Positions 34,840 to 45,829 of a stretch of DNA of 64,000 nucleotides are shown here, in pieces. Each line of letters begins with the position of its first letter. The stretch's first letter is position 1. The position numbers and the translations under genes were made by a program. Below the pieces are notes generated by a model that was not told the DNA's origin, ran no database searches, and saw only the letters and a program-made list of their open reading frames with translations. This DNA is from a virus (Duplodnaviria > Caudoviricetes). The stretch is taken from IMG/VR virus record IMGVR_UViG_3300020469_000044, positions 1,334 to 65,333 of that record, one strand, 5' to 3'.

Positions 34840-37800
34840 TTATGCTTTTATTTTTACTAAAGGTCTGATCTCATAAGAGAAGCCTAATCTTTTATTATAT
34901 ATTAGTCTAAAATTTAAAGGATTTGTGGGGTTTAATTTGAATGAATAATTGTTATCAATTTCATAATCTCCAGAATCAATGCTTGATAGACTACTTGCAG
35001 ACTCTATATTAGTTGTGATTTTTTTAGATTCTCTAACATATAAGTCAATTGAAGAAATTGAGTATAGGCCTAATATATTCTCAGCAATATACCCTTCAAC
35101 ATCGTCATCTAATGTATCTACTCTTCCAAAACTATCAGCAACACTAACATATCTTCTTATTGTATTTCTTACTCCTCTTCCGTCTAAAAATTTAATTAAA
35201 GTTTTATCTAAATAAAAATCAGCAATTATCTCTTTATCGGTTTCTATAAAGTTAATTTCGCTTTTAGAAATACCTAAAGATCTAATTTCATTTATCTGCT
35301 CAATATTTTTAAACTTTGTTGAGGTAAAATTAAAAAGATCATATCCACCTCCTGTTTTAATTACACTAGACGCTATATAGCTTTTTTCCTCTACAATATT
35401 TTTAGTACCAGGTAAATTAGCAAATTTACCACCATCTAAATTTCTAGTATAATAGTCAGCTTCCCATCTAGACTTAAACACGTTTTTATCTTTCTTATCT
35501 ATAGCTATTTCATTTATTAACTGATATTTAGGTAATAAATCATCAGCCTCTGAAAGTTTAATTACACCTTCAGTATCTATTTCATTTACCTTATGAAAGA
35601 AATGATTTTTTATAACTCCCCAGTTTAAATCATGATCAGGGTCTTTTATTTCACCTACGTTAAATAAAACACCACACCCATTCAGTTTTTTGTAAAGGGC
35701 AGTTGTTAATATATTTAAATTAACATCAGTAATATCATAATTATAAATAGAGCTATCATAGTATTCGTTAGGCCAATCTGTGTCTACTTTATGCATTGAA
35801 AATGGTTCACTAAACGTGACAATAGGTTCCATGTTTACAGTATAGTTTCCATTTTGTCTTACTAAAAACGCATAATATTCGCTTCTGTTTTGTATGTCAT
35901 ACCCTATCACTTGATTAGAAAGCTTAAATGATTTTGGTTTATTAATATCAACTTCAGCATAGAGGTTTGAAGTTTTTATTATTTGAAGCCCGTCATCGAC
36001 TGATAATGAAAATCTATTTAATACTTCAGTTCCGTCTTCTTCAACGCTTACATAATTAACTCTATCGGTATTATTAAACATGTTAGCAATATTATTTGCA
36101 GATAGTAATTCTAAAGTAGCCTTATGTGCAAATACCCCACCGGAACTATATTCATATGTCGCACCTTTATAATCATTTAAAGAATAATATTGAGAAGGTT
36201 GAACCACTGACCCTATTCTTAAACCACCTGTTACTCTTAATGTATTATCACTAATTACATCAACGACTGTTAAATTATAAGTTAAACCTCCAATTGTAAT
36301 ATTTAAATCATTGTAAGATCCAGTGTCAGGGTCTTTTAGTATTTGAGTAGTAAAGCTTGGTTCAGAACCATCAGTTGCTGCAACTCCACTTATAACTTCA
36401 GTATTAGTAGATAAATTAACAGCACTTAAGTTTAATGCTCCACCTATAAGGCTATTTGCATATTGTCCGCCGAATATCTTGTGGTCTAATTCATATAACA
36501 GTTTTCTGTTTAAACCCTTATTAAAACCAGTATCACTTAAATTTAACTTTAACAACAAAGTTAATGTTTTAAATTTTTTATTTTCAATGACAGATATACC
36601 TAAAGAATTAGAAGAAGTAGTATCGAACTCAGTAATTAAACATGAAGAAAAACGATACCCATTAAATTCTGTATTTTTTATAAATTCTTTTGTTAATTCT
36701 TGATTTAATTCTTTTCTTGTTTTAGGAGTAAACTTTAAACCTTTAAATATAGTAGAAGCAAAGCTTTGTAAACTACCTCCTTCTAATATAGAATATTTTT
36801 TAGAAACTTTATTTTTATTAAACGTAGCATTTGCAGTTCCATCAAATTGACCATTGCTTAAAAAGTAAGCTTTAAAATAATCAAAGTTAATTGATTTTAA
36901 ATCACTTTCACTTATTTTAATATCTCTTGCTAAATTAATGTAACTAAATATTTTATTACTAGTAGTAGAATTAAAATAACTAGGCACCCTATCTATGTAA
37001 AACCATTCATGTGTCATTTGACTAGGGTCTCTTCCTTCTACTTCTAAGTTAGGTGAAAAGTTAGTTTCACCAAAGGCTTCGTTAACATTTAAGTAGTATG
37101 GGTTTTCTCTAACATTTGTAGAATCTTTTAAACACCATTTATTTATAGTAGGTATAATTCTAGAAATTGTTGAAAAATCAGTAGTATAATTTTCCTTTAG
37201 CCTATCATATTCACTATATATTTTTTCTAATATAGAATCCTCTGTCTTTTCATCGTCAAGTATAGGTATTAAATTAGAGTAGTATTCTACACCTTCTTCA
37301 GTTAATGCATCTGCGTTTGAATATGCATAAGGAGGAGATGAATTAGCTGGTGAATTAGAATAGGTAACATTTTCTTCTAATTCAAGCTCTTTTAATTCAG
37401 AGTTAGAAGTATCATAAAAATCAAAATTAAAGTCATATATATCATAAGCACTAAACATTCCCCATTCTAATTTAAAATCTCTATAAACATTTGAAATTCC
37501 ATTAATGCCTTTGTTTTTACTTTCTAATATTAATAAATTAAATTCAGAATCTATAGTTCTAGAATCTTCAACAACATTTATTATTTTATTAAACTCATTA
37601 TTAGAGTCTAATAGATATTCTCCTACATTGATTTCATTAATATCATCTTCTTTAAGATAAACTGATTCATTCAAATTATTTCCGCCACTTAATGTATAAG
37701 CAGTGCTAGAAGACAAATAATTACTAGATATGTTTAAAGAATTGTTAATGTCTTCTCCTGTTTCTATTTCTAAAAACTGGCTATTTCCATTATTTAATAA

Positions 37801-39636
37801 AAAAGCAGCTAACATTCTATTGTAGCCCTTTATAGGAGACTTTATATAAATAACATCGTCTTTTAAAACAGTACTAAATCTTGTTTGAGACTCAATCATG
37901 TTTGAAATTGAATTGGCAACGTTATTTAAACTTCCATTTCCTGAAAAAGAATTTTCATTAAATTTACCTCTATTAATTGTGTTATCACAAGTAAACGTAT
38001 CTTCAACTACTTTAATAGGTGTAAATGTTCTTTCAATTTTTAAAATAGACTCACCTATGTCTACACCAGGAAGAGGAGTAGTATCAGAAACACTGTTTAA
38101 AATATTAAAGGAGTGATTTTCTTCAAAATTATATTCTTTTTCTACAATGCTTATTTGATATTTTCCATTAATATTTTCTAAATCAACATTATATTTTCCA
38201 AACGTACCTACAACCGGATACCAACTTGATCTTATATTTTCTAAAGTTTCTTGTTCTGTTGCACCTGTAGACGCAATTATATAAGTACCATTGTTATCTA
38301 CAATAAAATTAGCCTTAGGGTTATCATTTACATTTTTTACGACCGTAATAACAAATCTTTGTTTCTTTAAATTAGATAGAGTAAAACGATCGCCATTTAT
38401 AGGATTGTCCGTTACTTGTATTTTTAAAAAGTCAGGTCCGGCTTCTTCGTTTTTAGTTAATTCAACAGTTCTATCTGTTTTTTTAATTCCTGTAAATAAA
38501 CTATAGTCCTGATTATTAGTATCTATTTTTAGTTCTAAATTTGAATAGTCCCATGTTGCACCATTTTTAATATTATGATAATTTGAAAAACTTTTAACCC
38601 AACCTAGCATTGGTGATTTTTTATACATTTCTGAAATAGGAATAGAATAATAATGGTCTTGAACTGCCATTTCACTTAAGTCAAGCGTATGAGATATATT
38701 TGAAAATTTAACTAAGTCTTGTTCTATACTATCAACAGAACCCTCTCCGATCTTATGTTCATCTACATAAATTCCAAAGTATCTATTTATAGAAAATTCT
38801 AAACTTTCTTCGTCGTCAAATAAAAATTCTAAATTAATTAAGTTAGCACATACTAAAGAATTCCTAGAAAAACCTTCAGTTATAAATTGATTATATTCTA
38901 TCAACGGTTTATCTACATCAACTGTATCTTTATATTGATATTCTCCTTTATTAGCAAATCCACCTTTTACCAAATCCACACCATTATAAAGAGTTTGTTC
39001 ATCTTTATCAAATGAAACTGTCAATGGAGAGTTTGGAAAATTATCATCATTAACATAGTTTCTTAAATACTTTCCAACCTTACTATCTTTTGAAAGATCT
39101 ATAGTTTTTATTAAAGTAGCTTTAGAAAGCATTTCATTAATTCTACTTAAATTATTATCATTACTAAAGGTAGTTGAATTTATAGGGTCTTCTATTCTAT
39201 AAATAACAAATTTAGAAGGAATATTTTTATCTAACCAAATAGGAGCTAGCATTCTATAATTATAGTCATATAATTTAGAATAATTTAACGAAGTTCCATA
39301 TGAATATGATTCCTCATACTGTTTATCGTAACTATCAAGTATTGAAAAATCAGAATAGTCTCTTTTAGTTTTAAATGCTAAATCTAAAGGAGTTGAATTT
39401 AATCTCCAAAATTTAGATAAATCATAAGCATATGATCCACTTTCTTTAATTAAATATTTTTTATAATTTGAATTAGCTAAAAGACTAGACGCGTTTATAC
39501 TTTCAAGATACATATCATCGTCAGTAACTACTAATTTAACATTTGTAGAAAGCTTAGGATTAGTCCTAAGAATAGGCCTTGACACCTGGTCAACTTTACC
39601 ATTATTCTCAATATCCGTTCTAATACTTCTAGCCAT
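34840..39636 (-). CDS. large putative virion/baseplate protein (1598 aa)
   Basis: Long N/S/D-rich ORF in the structural cluster; GATATATAA at 39672-39680. Confidence 0.6.
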   Translation of the reverse strand: MARSIRTDIENNGKVDQVSRPILRTNPKLSTNVKLVVTDDDMYLESINASSLLANSNYKKYLIKESGSYAYDLSKFWRLNSTPLDLAFKTKRDYSDFSILDSYDKQYEESYSYGTSLNYSKLYDYNYRMLAPIWLDKNIPSKFVIYRIEDPINSTTFSNDNNLSRINEMLSKATLIKTIDLSKDSKVGKYLRNYVNDDNFPNSPLTVSFDKDEQTLYNGVDLVKGGFANKGEYQYKDTVDVDKPLIEYNQFITEGFSRNSLVCANLINLEFLFDDEESLEFSINRYFGIYVDEHKIGEGSVDSIEQDLVKFSNISHTLDLSEMAVQDHYYSIPISEMYKKSPMLGWVKSFSNYHNIKNGATWDYSNLELKIDTNNQDYSLFTGIKKTDRTVELTKNEEAGPDFLKIQVTDNPINGDRFTLSNLKKQRFVITVVKNVNDNPKANFIVDNNGTYIIASTGATEQETLENIRSSWYPVVGTFGKYNVDLENINGKYQISIVEKEYNFEENHSFNILNSVSDTTPLPGVDIGESILKIERTFTPIKVVEDTFTCDNTINRGKFNENSFSGNGSLNNVANSISNMIESQTRFSTVLKDDVIYIKSPIKGYNRMLAAFLLNNGNSQFLEIETGEDINNSLNISSNYLSSSTAYTLSGGNNLNESVYLKEDDINEINVGEYLLDSNNEFNKIINVVEDSRTIDSEFNLLILESKNKGINGISNVYRDFKLEWGMFSAYDIYDFNFDFYDTSNSELKELELEENVTYSNSPANSSPPYAYSNADALTEEGVEYYSNLIPILDDEKTEDSILEKIYSEYDRLKENYTTDFSTISRIIPTINKWCLKDSTNVRENPYYLNVNEAFGETNFSPNLEVEGRDPSQMTHEWFYIDRVPSYFNSTTSNKIFSYINLARDIKISESDLKSINFDYFKAYFLSNGQFDGTANATFNKNKVSKKYSILEGGSLQSFASTIFKGLKFTPKTRKELNQELTKEFIKNTEFNGYRFSSCLITEFDTTSSNSLGISVIENKKFKTLTLLLKLNLSDTGFNKGLNRKLLYELDHKIFGGQYANSLIGGALNLSAVNLSTNTEVISGVAATDGSEPSFTTQILKDPDTGSYNDLNITIGGLTYNLTVVDVISDNTLRVTGGLRIGSVVQPSQYYSLNDYKGATYEYSSGGVFAHKATLELLSANNIANMFNNTDRVNYVSVEEDGTEVLNRFSLSVDDGLQIIKTSNLYAEVDINKPKSFKLSNQVIGYDIQNRSEYYAFLVRQNGNYTVNMEPIVTFSEPFSMHKVDTDWPNEYYDSSIYNYDITDVNLNILTTALYKKLNGCGVLFNVGEIKDPDHDLNWGVIKNHFFHKVNEIDTEGVIKLSEADDLLPKYQLINEIAIDKKDKNVFKSRWEADYYTRNLDGGKFANLPGTKNIVEEKSYIASSVIKTGGGYDLFNFTSTKFKNIEQINEIRSLGISKSEINFIETDKEIIADFYLDKTLIKFLDGRGVRNTIRRYVSVADSFGRVDTLDDDVEGYIAENILGLYSISSIDLYVRESKKITTNIESASSLSSIDSGDYEIDNNYSFKLNPTNPLNFRLIYNKRLGFSYEIRPLVKIKA

Positions 39637-39697
39637 TAATCTATTTATTTTTAAGCATATAATTTATAAAATTATATATCACCTTTAATACATAAGA

Positions 39698-42600
39698 CTA
39701 CGCCACTGGTTTTTGAAGTCTAACGGTTTTAGTATTATTTAAGTTAAAGCCTTTAGGTTTATATTTTGCAAAAACTTCTAAATCAAATGAAAGTTGATTG
39801 TCAAAAGAATCAAACAAATCAATACCTATTTTTTTAGAATAAGTTAAGTTTGTAATTTTATTAGTATTTAACCCTCCTAACAACCCGTCTGATGTATCAA
39901 CACCTGTTGCGGTAACACCAAAATAATCAGTCATTCTATATTGAAACACAACGTCTATTGAAATACTAGGTGATTTGCTACTTAGTGAATTTACTTGTTT
40001 AGTATCTGATTTGCCTATAATTCTTTTTCCAAATTTATTGTCACCATCTACTGATAGGTTTCCAATTCTTGTAGGAGATAAAAACAAATATGCTCCACAT
40101 GATCTGCCTCCTAATAAAAACTGATCGTTGTCTTCAAAAGACATCTTTACAGATCTATTATAATTATATGCAGTGTTTGTCCCTCTTCTATATGCAGTTT
40201 GTAAATTAGCATATGTATCTTGACCCGCTTTTAAAGTTGAAAATTGTGCCATTGATGCATAACCGGCTTGAAAAAATGTAGAAGTTGCAGTATTGCTTAC
40301 TGCAGCAGGTATTCTTGGGTGATCCACGTGTAAATAAATACTATCATCATAGTCTCCAGAAGTAAGGTTAGAATTTAAAATAACCGCAGTAGGGTTATTA
40401 CTTCCATCAAAATTACCGTCCCAAATAAAATCACTTGTAACATCTCCAGCATCTCCTACTCCATTTACTCCGTAATATTCAAATCTTCGTGTTTCACTAT
40501 CAGTAGCAGTGTTTGTTCCATCTAAAAATTCAAGAGGAGCTGTCGCGTACATTGCATTTTCACCAGCAACATCCATAAATCTGCTATAAATAAATTGACC
40601 TTTTTGTTGAGCCGATTGATGAGGAGCATCTTCATTATGATATTCTGCTAATTCATCACTAGAAATGTTTTGATACTGTATAGGTACTAAGTCATATTTT
40701 CCTTCAACCGTATAATATGTATCGTTTTGAATTCTATCCGTTAATACAATAGGATTTGCCACGCCTGTAGTTGAGTCAGGTGTAAAATCATGTGTACCCA
40801 TTTCAAAAGTAACTTCATTTCCAGTAGTAGAAGAATGATGCACCGGTTCATCTCTCTTACCTATCATTCTTGCTATTAACTCAAGATCAGTAGCTTTACT
40901 ATTTTCTAATAATAGTTTAAAGGTTTTAGTTACAACATGTCCTTTCTTAATATTTAAGTCAGCAACTTCATCTACATAATAACCAGCAAATAATCTAGTA
41001 GTTGTATTTGCGTCAATTGCAGTAGTGTTTCCTTCTTCATCTACAATAGTTACTTTTAATTCACCTTCTGCATTTTCTAATTGCTCTTTAAGACTTTCTA
41101 TTTCTTTTTGTAAATCTATTAACTTATCAAAAAGGCTAATTGGAGTTTGTTCAGAAGATAAAAAACCAGATGCAATATTAGTTGCGCCATGTGTAAAATA
41201 TTTTTCATTAGCAATAAAGCTATCAGCAATATGTGTATAAACTCCTTTAGAATCTAACTCATCTACAAGTTTTACATAAATAGTTTCTTTACCATTTTCA
41301 TCTATAAGATTAATAATATCAGTTGTATCTAGCAAGCCTTCAGGAAACTGTACTAAAATAGTTTCGCTCCATTCAGATACTACAGGATTCGAAGGGTAGC
41401 CCGCTTCTGAAACTGCTTTTATTCTTATTTCAACATTTTCTCCGAAATTAATCGGTAGATCTAATTGATTAAAATTAACTTCTTGACCATCTTCAACGCT
41501 TTCTGTTATCCAAACATATTTACTAGTAATTACATCTCTTTGTCTTTTTCTAGTTGGAGTTTCATATTGATTCCAATTTGAAAAACTTGCAGTAGTTGTT
41601 TTATTATCTTGTGTAAATGGTATTTGTTCAATATTGCTTGTTTTACCACTTGCAGAAACATATCTATATTGAATTTTAAATTTTACGATTTCTTGTGGAA
41701 GTGTATCTGCGTTTGTTTTTGCTTCAGGCACTTTCCAAAACCCTCTAACTCTAAATTTAGGTTTAATATCAGTTACGTTTTGATCAGAGTTAATACTTTG
41801 AATCTGGTTTACAACAGAAGAATATAATTTAGCTTCACCGCTTCTCTTTTCAATAAGCGTATTTAAGTTATTTTTGTCTTTACTTTTTTCAATTTCAGAT
41901 TTATATTTCTTAGTTGCAATTTCACTTCTCTTACTTACAATAGTATCATCTAATTTCTTAATGCTTTCACTAATTGTAATTTTGTCATTATTTAATTTCT
42001 TTATACTATCAAATGCATCGTTCTCAGTTAAGTGAGTATTTATTTGTACAACTTGAAAGTTAGTAGCATCTAATAATACTGGATCTGGCTGAAGACCAAC
42101 CGTTGCTGGTGGAATAAAATCTTCTTTTAATGCTTTTATAAATTGGCCAAAATCAGAAACACTGTCTCTATAAAAAGCAGAAAGTGTTTGAGTTCCACCT
42201 GTTTGACTTTCAATTGTTAAATCGTTTGAATAAAAACCTACACCTGGTGACCAATTCTCTGCAATAATTTTAGAATCTGGATCAATCGCTTTAAAGAAAA
42301 CAACTTGTCTTTCATCGAATCCTACATGAATGCCTAATGAAACTGAATTTTCTAAAGCTTTATAAATTCTTAATTGATCTGAACCTATTTTAATACTATC
42401 AAAACCTTCAGTTAACCTAAGTTCAACTTGCGTAGTACCATTATATACATTCTGAACTCTGTATCTTGTATTATTATTTCCACTGTTTACTAATAGTTCA
42501 TCTCCAATTGAAATAAATTCAGTATCTTTTAAAGATTTATCACCATCAGTGTATGTTAACTTATTTAATGTGTATAATTTTACTGTTCTAATTACAGGCT

Positions 42601-43309
42601 CTCCATCAACTATAAATTCTCTTTCAGCATCTTCAACTGCCAATACATCAAAGCCTCCATAAAATTGAGTTGATTTAAAAGGTAAGTCTCTAACCTGTTC
42701 ATCAACTGTAGCATTTGCTCCACTACTTATTAAATCTTCAACGAATGTTTGATAATTTATCTCATCTACATTTTTATAATTGTCATCAAAATAAGCAGCA
42801 GCAAATTCGTCGTTTGTTTGAAAAATATATCTTTTTACTAAAACTCTTTCTGTATCTGCTACAATTTGATTACTAACATCAAATTTAACAGTTAATAAAG
42901 GGTTTAAATAGTCTTCAAAAAAGTCATTATCTGTAGTTTCAAACTCAGTAGGAAGAGCAATGGAAGTTAAATCATTTGCAGCAGTCTTAAGTTTTCTTGA
43001 AATAATTTTTTTAAAACTACCATCTGGCATTTGAACAGTTGCATCTGCAGTTCCAACACCACTTAGTGCTTTAATATTATTTTCTAATCTTTTTATTTCT
43101 CTATCAATAAAGCCAAATGAAGGTATTTGATAGGTTTTAATTGTAGTAACACCATCATCATCAGGTGTACCAAAAAGGTCTACTGAAACCGTAATTGAAT
43201 CCTTTTCACTAGTTATTGCTTCATTAATGCGTTCGAAAGTTTCTAATGCATTAGCATTCATCTGTGTGAATTGCTTAATTATTCCAGAAAATGAGTTTTG
43301 TGTGTCCAT
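39698..43309 (-). CDS. large putative virion protein with coiled coils (1203 aa)
   Basis: Structural context; coiled coils and an FN3-like VEIRIKAVSEAGYP segment. Confidence 0.6.
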   Translation of the reverse strand: MDTQNSFSGIIKQFTQMNANALETFERINEAITSEKDSITVSVDLFGTPDDDGVTTIKTYQIPSFGFIDREIKRLENNIKALSGVGTADATVQMPDGSFKKIISRKLKTAANDLTSIALPTEFETTDNDFFEDYLNPLLTVKFDVSNQIVADTERVLVKRYIFQTNDEFAAAYFDDNYKNVDEINYQTFVEDLISSGANATVDEQVRDLPFKSTQFYGGFDVLAVEDAEREFIVDGEPVIRTVKLYTLNKLTYTDGDKSLKDTEFISIGDELLVNSGNNNTRYRVQNVYNGTTQVELRLTEGFDSIKIGSDQLRIYKALENSVSLGIHVGFDERQVVFFKAIDPDSKIIAENWSPGVGFYSNDLTIESQTGGTQTLSAFYRDSVSDFGQFIKALKEDFIPPATVGLQPDPVLLDATNFQVVQINTHLTENDAFDSIKKLNNDKITISESIKKLDDTIVSKRSEIATKKYKSEIEKSKDKNNLNTLIEKRSGEAKLYSSVVNQIQSINSDQNVTDIKPKFRVRGFWKVPEAKTNADTLPQEIVKFKIQYRYVSASGKTSNIEQIPFTQDNKTTTASFSNWNQYETPTRKRQRDVITSKYVWITESVEDGQEVNFNQLDLPINFGENVEIRIKAVSEAGYPSNPVVSEWSETILVQFPEGLLDTTDIINLIDENGKETIYVKLVDELDSKGVYTHIADSFIANEKYFTHGATNIASGFLSSEQTPISLFDKLIDLQKEIESLKEQLENAEGELKVTIVDEEGNTTAIDANTTTRLFAGYYVDEVADLNIKKGHVVTKTFKLLLENSKATDLELIARMIGKRDEPVHHSSTTGNEVTFEMGTHDFTPDSTTGVANPIVLTDRIQNDTYYTVEGKYDLVPIQYQNISSDELAEYHNEDAPHQSAQQKGQFIYSRFMDVAGENAMYATAPLEFLDGTNTATDSETRRFEYYGVNGVGDAGDVTSDFIWDGNFDGSNNPTAVILNSNLTSGDYDDSIYLHVDHPRIPAAVSNTATSTFFQAGYASMAQFSTLKAGQDTYANLQTAYRRGTNTAYNYNRSVKMSFEDNDQFLLGGRSCGAYLFLSPTRIGNLSVDGDNKFGKRIIGKSDTKQVNSLSSKSPSISIDVVFQYRMTDYFGVTATGVDTSDGLLGGLNTNKITNLTYSKKIGIDLFDSFDNQLSFDLEVFAKYKPKGFNLNNTKTVRLQKPVA

Positions 43310-43312
43310 TTA

Positions 43313-45259
43313 TTATCTTATAACGTCTATTTCAAATTCATACGTTGCCGCATTTGTACAAACAATTTCAAAATAAGGATCGTTTCCGACCTCAGCACTT
43401 GAAACACTTCCAATAAGTGTGTTAAAACTATTGGATTGGTTTGTATAAACATTGATGTTGTTGCTATCTAGGCTTAAAGCTTCAAAAACAACTTTATAAC
43501 TTTGACCATCTTGCCATTTTATAAGTTTGTCATCTATGTATATATTAATATTATTATCTGCTGCCTGGGCAGTAGTCTTACCAGCAAGTCTCAGCTGATT
43601 AGAAAATTCTTTAAGTCTTGCCCAAATACCAAAGCCAGTTGCATTTGCAGGATCGTATTGGTTTGAGCTTGTAATTTCATTAGAAACGATTAACGTACTT
43701 TCATTCCATAAAAAAGGCTTTCCAAATACGTATGTTTTTAAATCGTTTTTAATTTTAATTTTATTAGGAACCGTTTTATCAACTACAATTCCAGGTCCAT
43801 TAAATAAAACATCTACATTATATTGCACTTCAGATGGAACTGTACCGTCTATGAGTTGATTAATTCTTTGATTCGCGTTTGTGATTAATTGTAAAAGGCT
43901 ATCACTGTCTGCTAAATTAACAGATGTGTTTTGAAATTCTGTTTCTAATTGGCTTATTCTACTTAGTAATTCAGTACTTGAATCCATTGACATTACTAAG
44001 TTTTCTAAATCATCAACTCTACTACTAATTCTACTATATCTAGCATTTGCATCTGATAATAATTTAGCTGCATTCTCTAACGCGCTTGTCGTATCCATGA
44101 ATAAATCCATTGAGAATGTAGTAAAGTCATTAATATTAACTTCGACGCCTACATTATCAAGAGATGAATTAAATTTAATATTTAACTTAAGCCCAAATGC
44201 ATTTCCATTTAAACCGGTAATTTCATTTGGTTTATATTTAATAAGTTCAGGAATATAAGAACTTGCCGCTGCACCGGGATTGTCTTGTGGATTGTCTAAT
44301 ATTAATACACCATAAAGATTAGTTTCTCTATTTGCTGGCACAGATTCACTATATAAATCATAATAAACAAGAATTGCATTAAATCTAAAGTCTCCTCCTT
44401 GTTTAGCAAAATCCTGTAAAGTAATTATGTCTGAGTTTGAAGCTATTCCATGATAGTCTGCAGATGTCCAATCTATTTCATAATTAGGAGTAGAATTAAC
44501 ATCAATATCATAATAAGGAATTAAGTTCGATGGATCCGATGTATCTACCGTATCTACTAACGTTTCTAATTCCATATTAACATCTGGATGTGTTTGTCCG
44601 TTTCTACCGTTTATGATAGCCTCAGGGTATATCTTGTTCGCCGAGGTATTATAATTATCAGAATTAAATAAAACTGTTGGAGTATATCCAATTGACGAGG
44701 GTACATTAATATATACCTCGTGGTATGCATTTCCTTTATATTGAATATCGTTTCCTACGTCTATACTTCCTAAGTATTTGACGACTCTATCATAGTCTGT
44801 TCCTGTTCCAGTTGCATTTATTTCTTCAGTGCTTAAACCTGTTTGAGTTGCTTCAGTTGAATCGGCGGTTTTAAATCTGATAGCACCCATTTTGTGTAAC
44901 CACTTAAAGAATATTTTTTCAGCGTCCGAACCATATAGCGCGCTATCAAAATCATCGTCTTGTAAAATAAGCTCTTCTAAATTAAGAGCATAGTTTTGAA
45001 AAGTAATTGCAAAATCATGTCCAGCATTTCCAACTGGAGAATAAGCTACGTTACTATAGTCTAACATTTGATCGAAGTCCATAGTATTTTTACCACTTAC
45101 TGGTTCTTCAAAATTAGGAATATCTAAAAGAGCGTATCTACTAAACTCAAATTTAATATCTGGGTTTTGGAAAGCTCTTGTCAAATCTCTAGTACCACTT
45201 GCAAAAGCGTACATCGTTCCTCCCTGTATCTGTGGTGTTCTAACTAGTGGTGTAGCCAT
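43313..45259 (-). CDS. putative virion/baseplate protein
   Basis: 648 aa; FNAILVYYD..NLYGVL core plus coiled coil; structural operon. Confidence 0.6.
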   Translation of the reverse strand: MATPLVRTPQIQGGTMYAFASGTRDLTRAFQNPDIKFEFSRYALLDIPNFEEPVSGKNTMDFDQMLDYSNVAYSPVGNAGHDFAITFQNYALNLEELILQDDDFDSALYGSDAEKIFFKWLHKMGAIRFKTADSTEATQTGLSTEEINATGTGTDYDRVVKYLGSIDVGNDIQYKGNAYHEVYINVPSSIGYTPTVLFNSDNYNTSANKIYPEAIINGRNGQTHPDVNMELETLVDTVDTSDPSNLIPYYDIDVNSTPNYEIDWTSADYHGIASNSDIITLQDFAKQGGDFRFNAILVYYDLYSESVPANRETNLYGVLILDNPQDNPGAAASSYIPELIKYKPNEITGLNGNAFGLKLNIKFNSSLDNVGVEVNINDFTTFSMDLFMDTTSALENAAKLLSDANARYSRISSRVDDLENLVMSMDSSTELLSRISQLETEFQNTSVNLADSDSLLQLITNANQRINQLIDGTVPSEVQYNVDVLFNGPGIVVDKTVPNKIKIKNDLKTYVFGKPFLWNESTLIVSNEITSSNQYDPANATGFGIWARLKEFSNQLRLAGKTTAQAADNNINIYIDDKLIKWQDGQSYKVVFEALSLDSNNINVYTNQSNSFNTLIGSVSSAEVGNDPYFEIVCTNAATYEFEIDVIR

Positions 45260-45277
45260 TTATAATAAGTTTTATTT

Positions 45278-45817
45278 TTAAGCAACAGTTGCACCGTTTG
45301 CACTAATTACATACCATACGCTATTAAAAGTTCTACATGTAAGTGTTTCATTTGCAGCACTAAATGTTGCAGTAGTTCCTCCTCCAAATGTACCAGTAAC
45401 ACTTCCACTTGCTGTTGAAATTAATGTTATTTCATAACCATCTGTCGCAGTAGTTCCTAAATTGATTCCAGCAGTGGGATCAATAAAATAAGATGAGTGA
45501 GCAAAAGACGTAATATCTGATGTTAAAGGAGCAGCAGCTGTACCATTTACACCGCTCTTAATTATCGCAGCGCCGAAACCTACGTTTGCGCTAATAGTTG
45601 TTGCAACTCCAATAGTAGCAGACGTAGCATTTAATGTTGTTCCGCCGTCTACTGTAAGTTGACTTGTTGATACTGTAACTCCTGAAAGAGTTGCAGCAGT
45701 TGGATCTAGATACCCCTTTAAACCTGTAATTTCATCTTCTAATGTTGTGAAATTATCATTTAGAGTAATTCTTGATGAAGAAAGAGAATCAGTTCCTAAA
45801 ATTTCTGTAACCGCCAT
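45278..45817 (-). CDS. short fiber-like protein
   Basis: SRITLNDNF N-terminus, T/S/A/G-rich, ends WYVIS. Confidence 0.6.
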   Translation of the reverse strand: MAVTEILGTDSLSSSRITLNDNFTTLEDEITGLKGYLDPTAATLSGVTVSTSQLTVDGGTTLNATSATIGVATTISANVGFGAAIIKSGVNGTAAAPLTSDITSFAHSSYFIDPTAGINLGTTATDGYEITLISTASGSVTGTFGGGTTATFSAANETLTCRTFNSVWYVISANGATVA

Positions 45818-45829
45818 AGTTTTATTTTT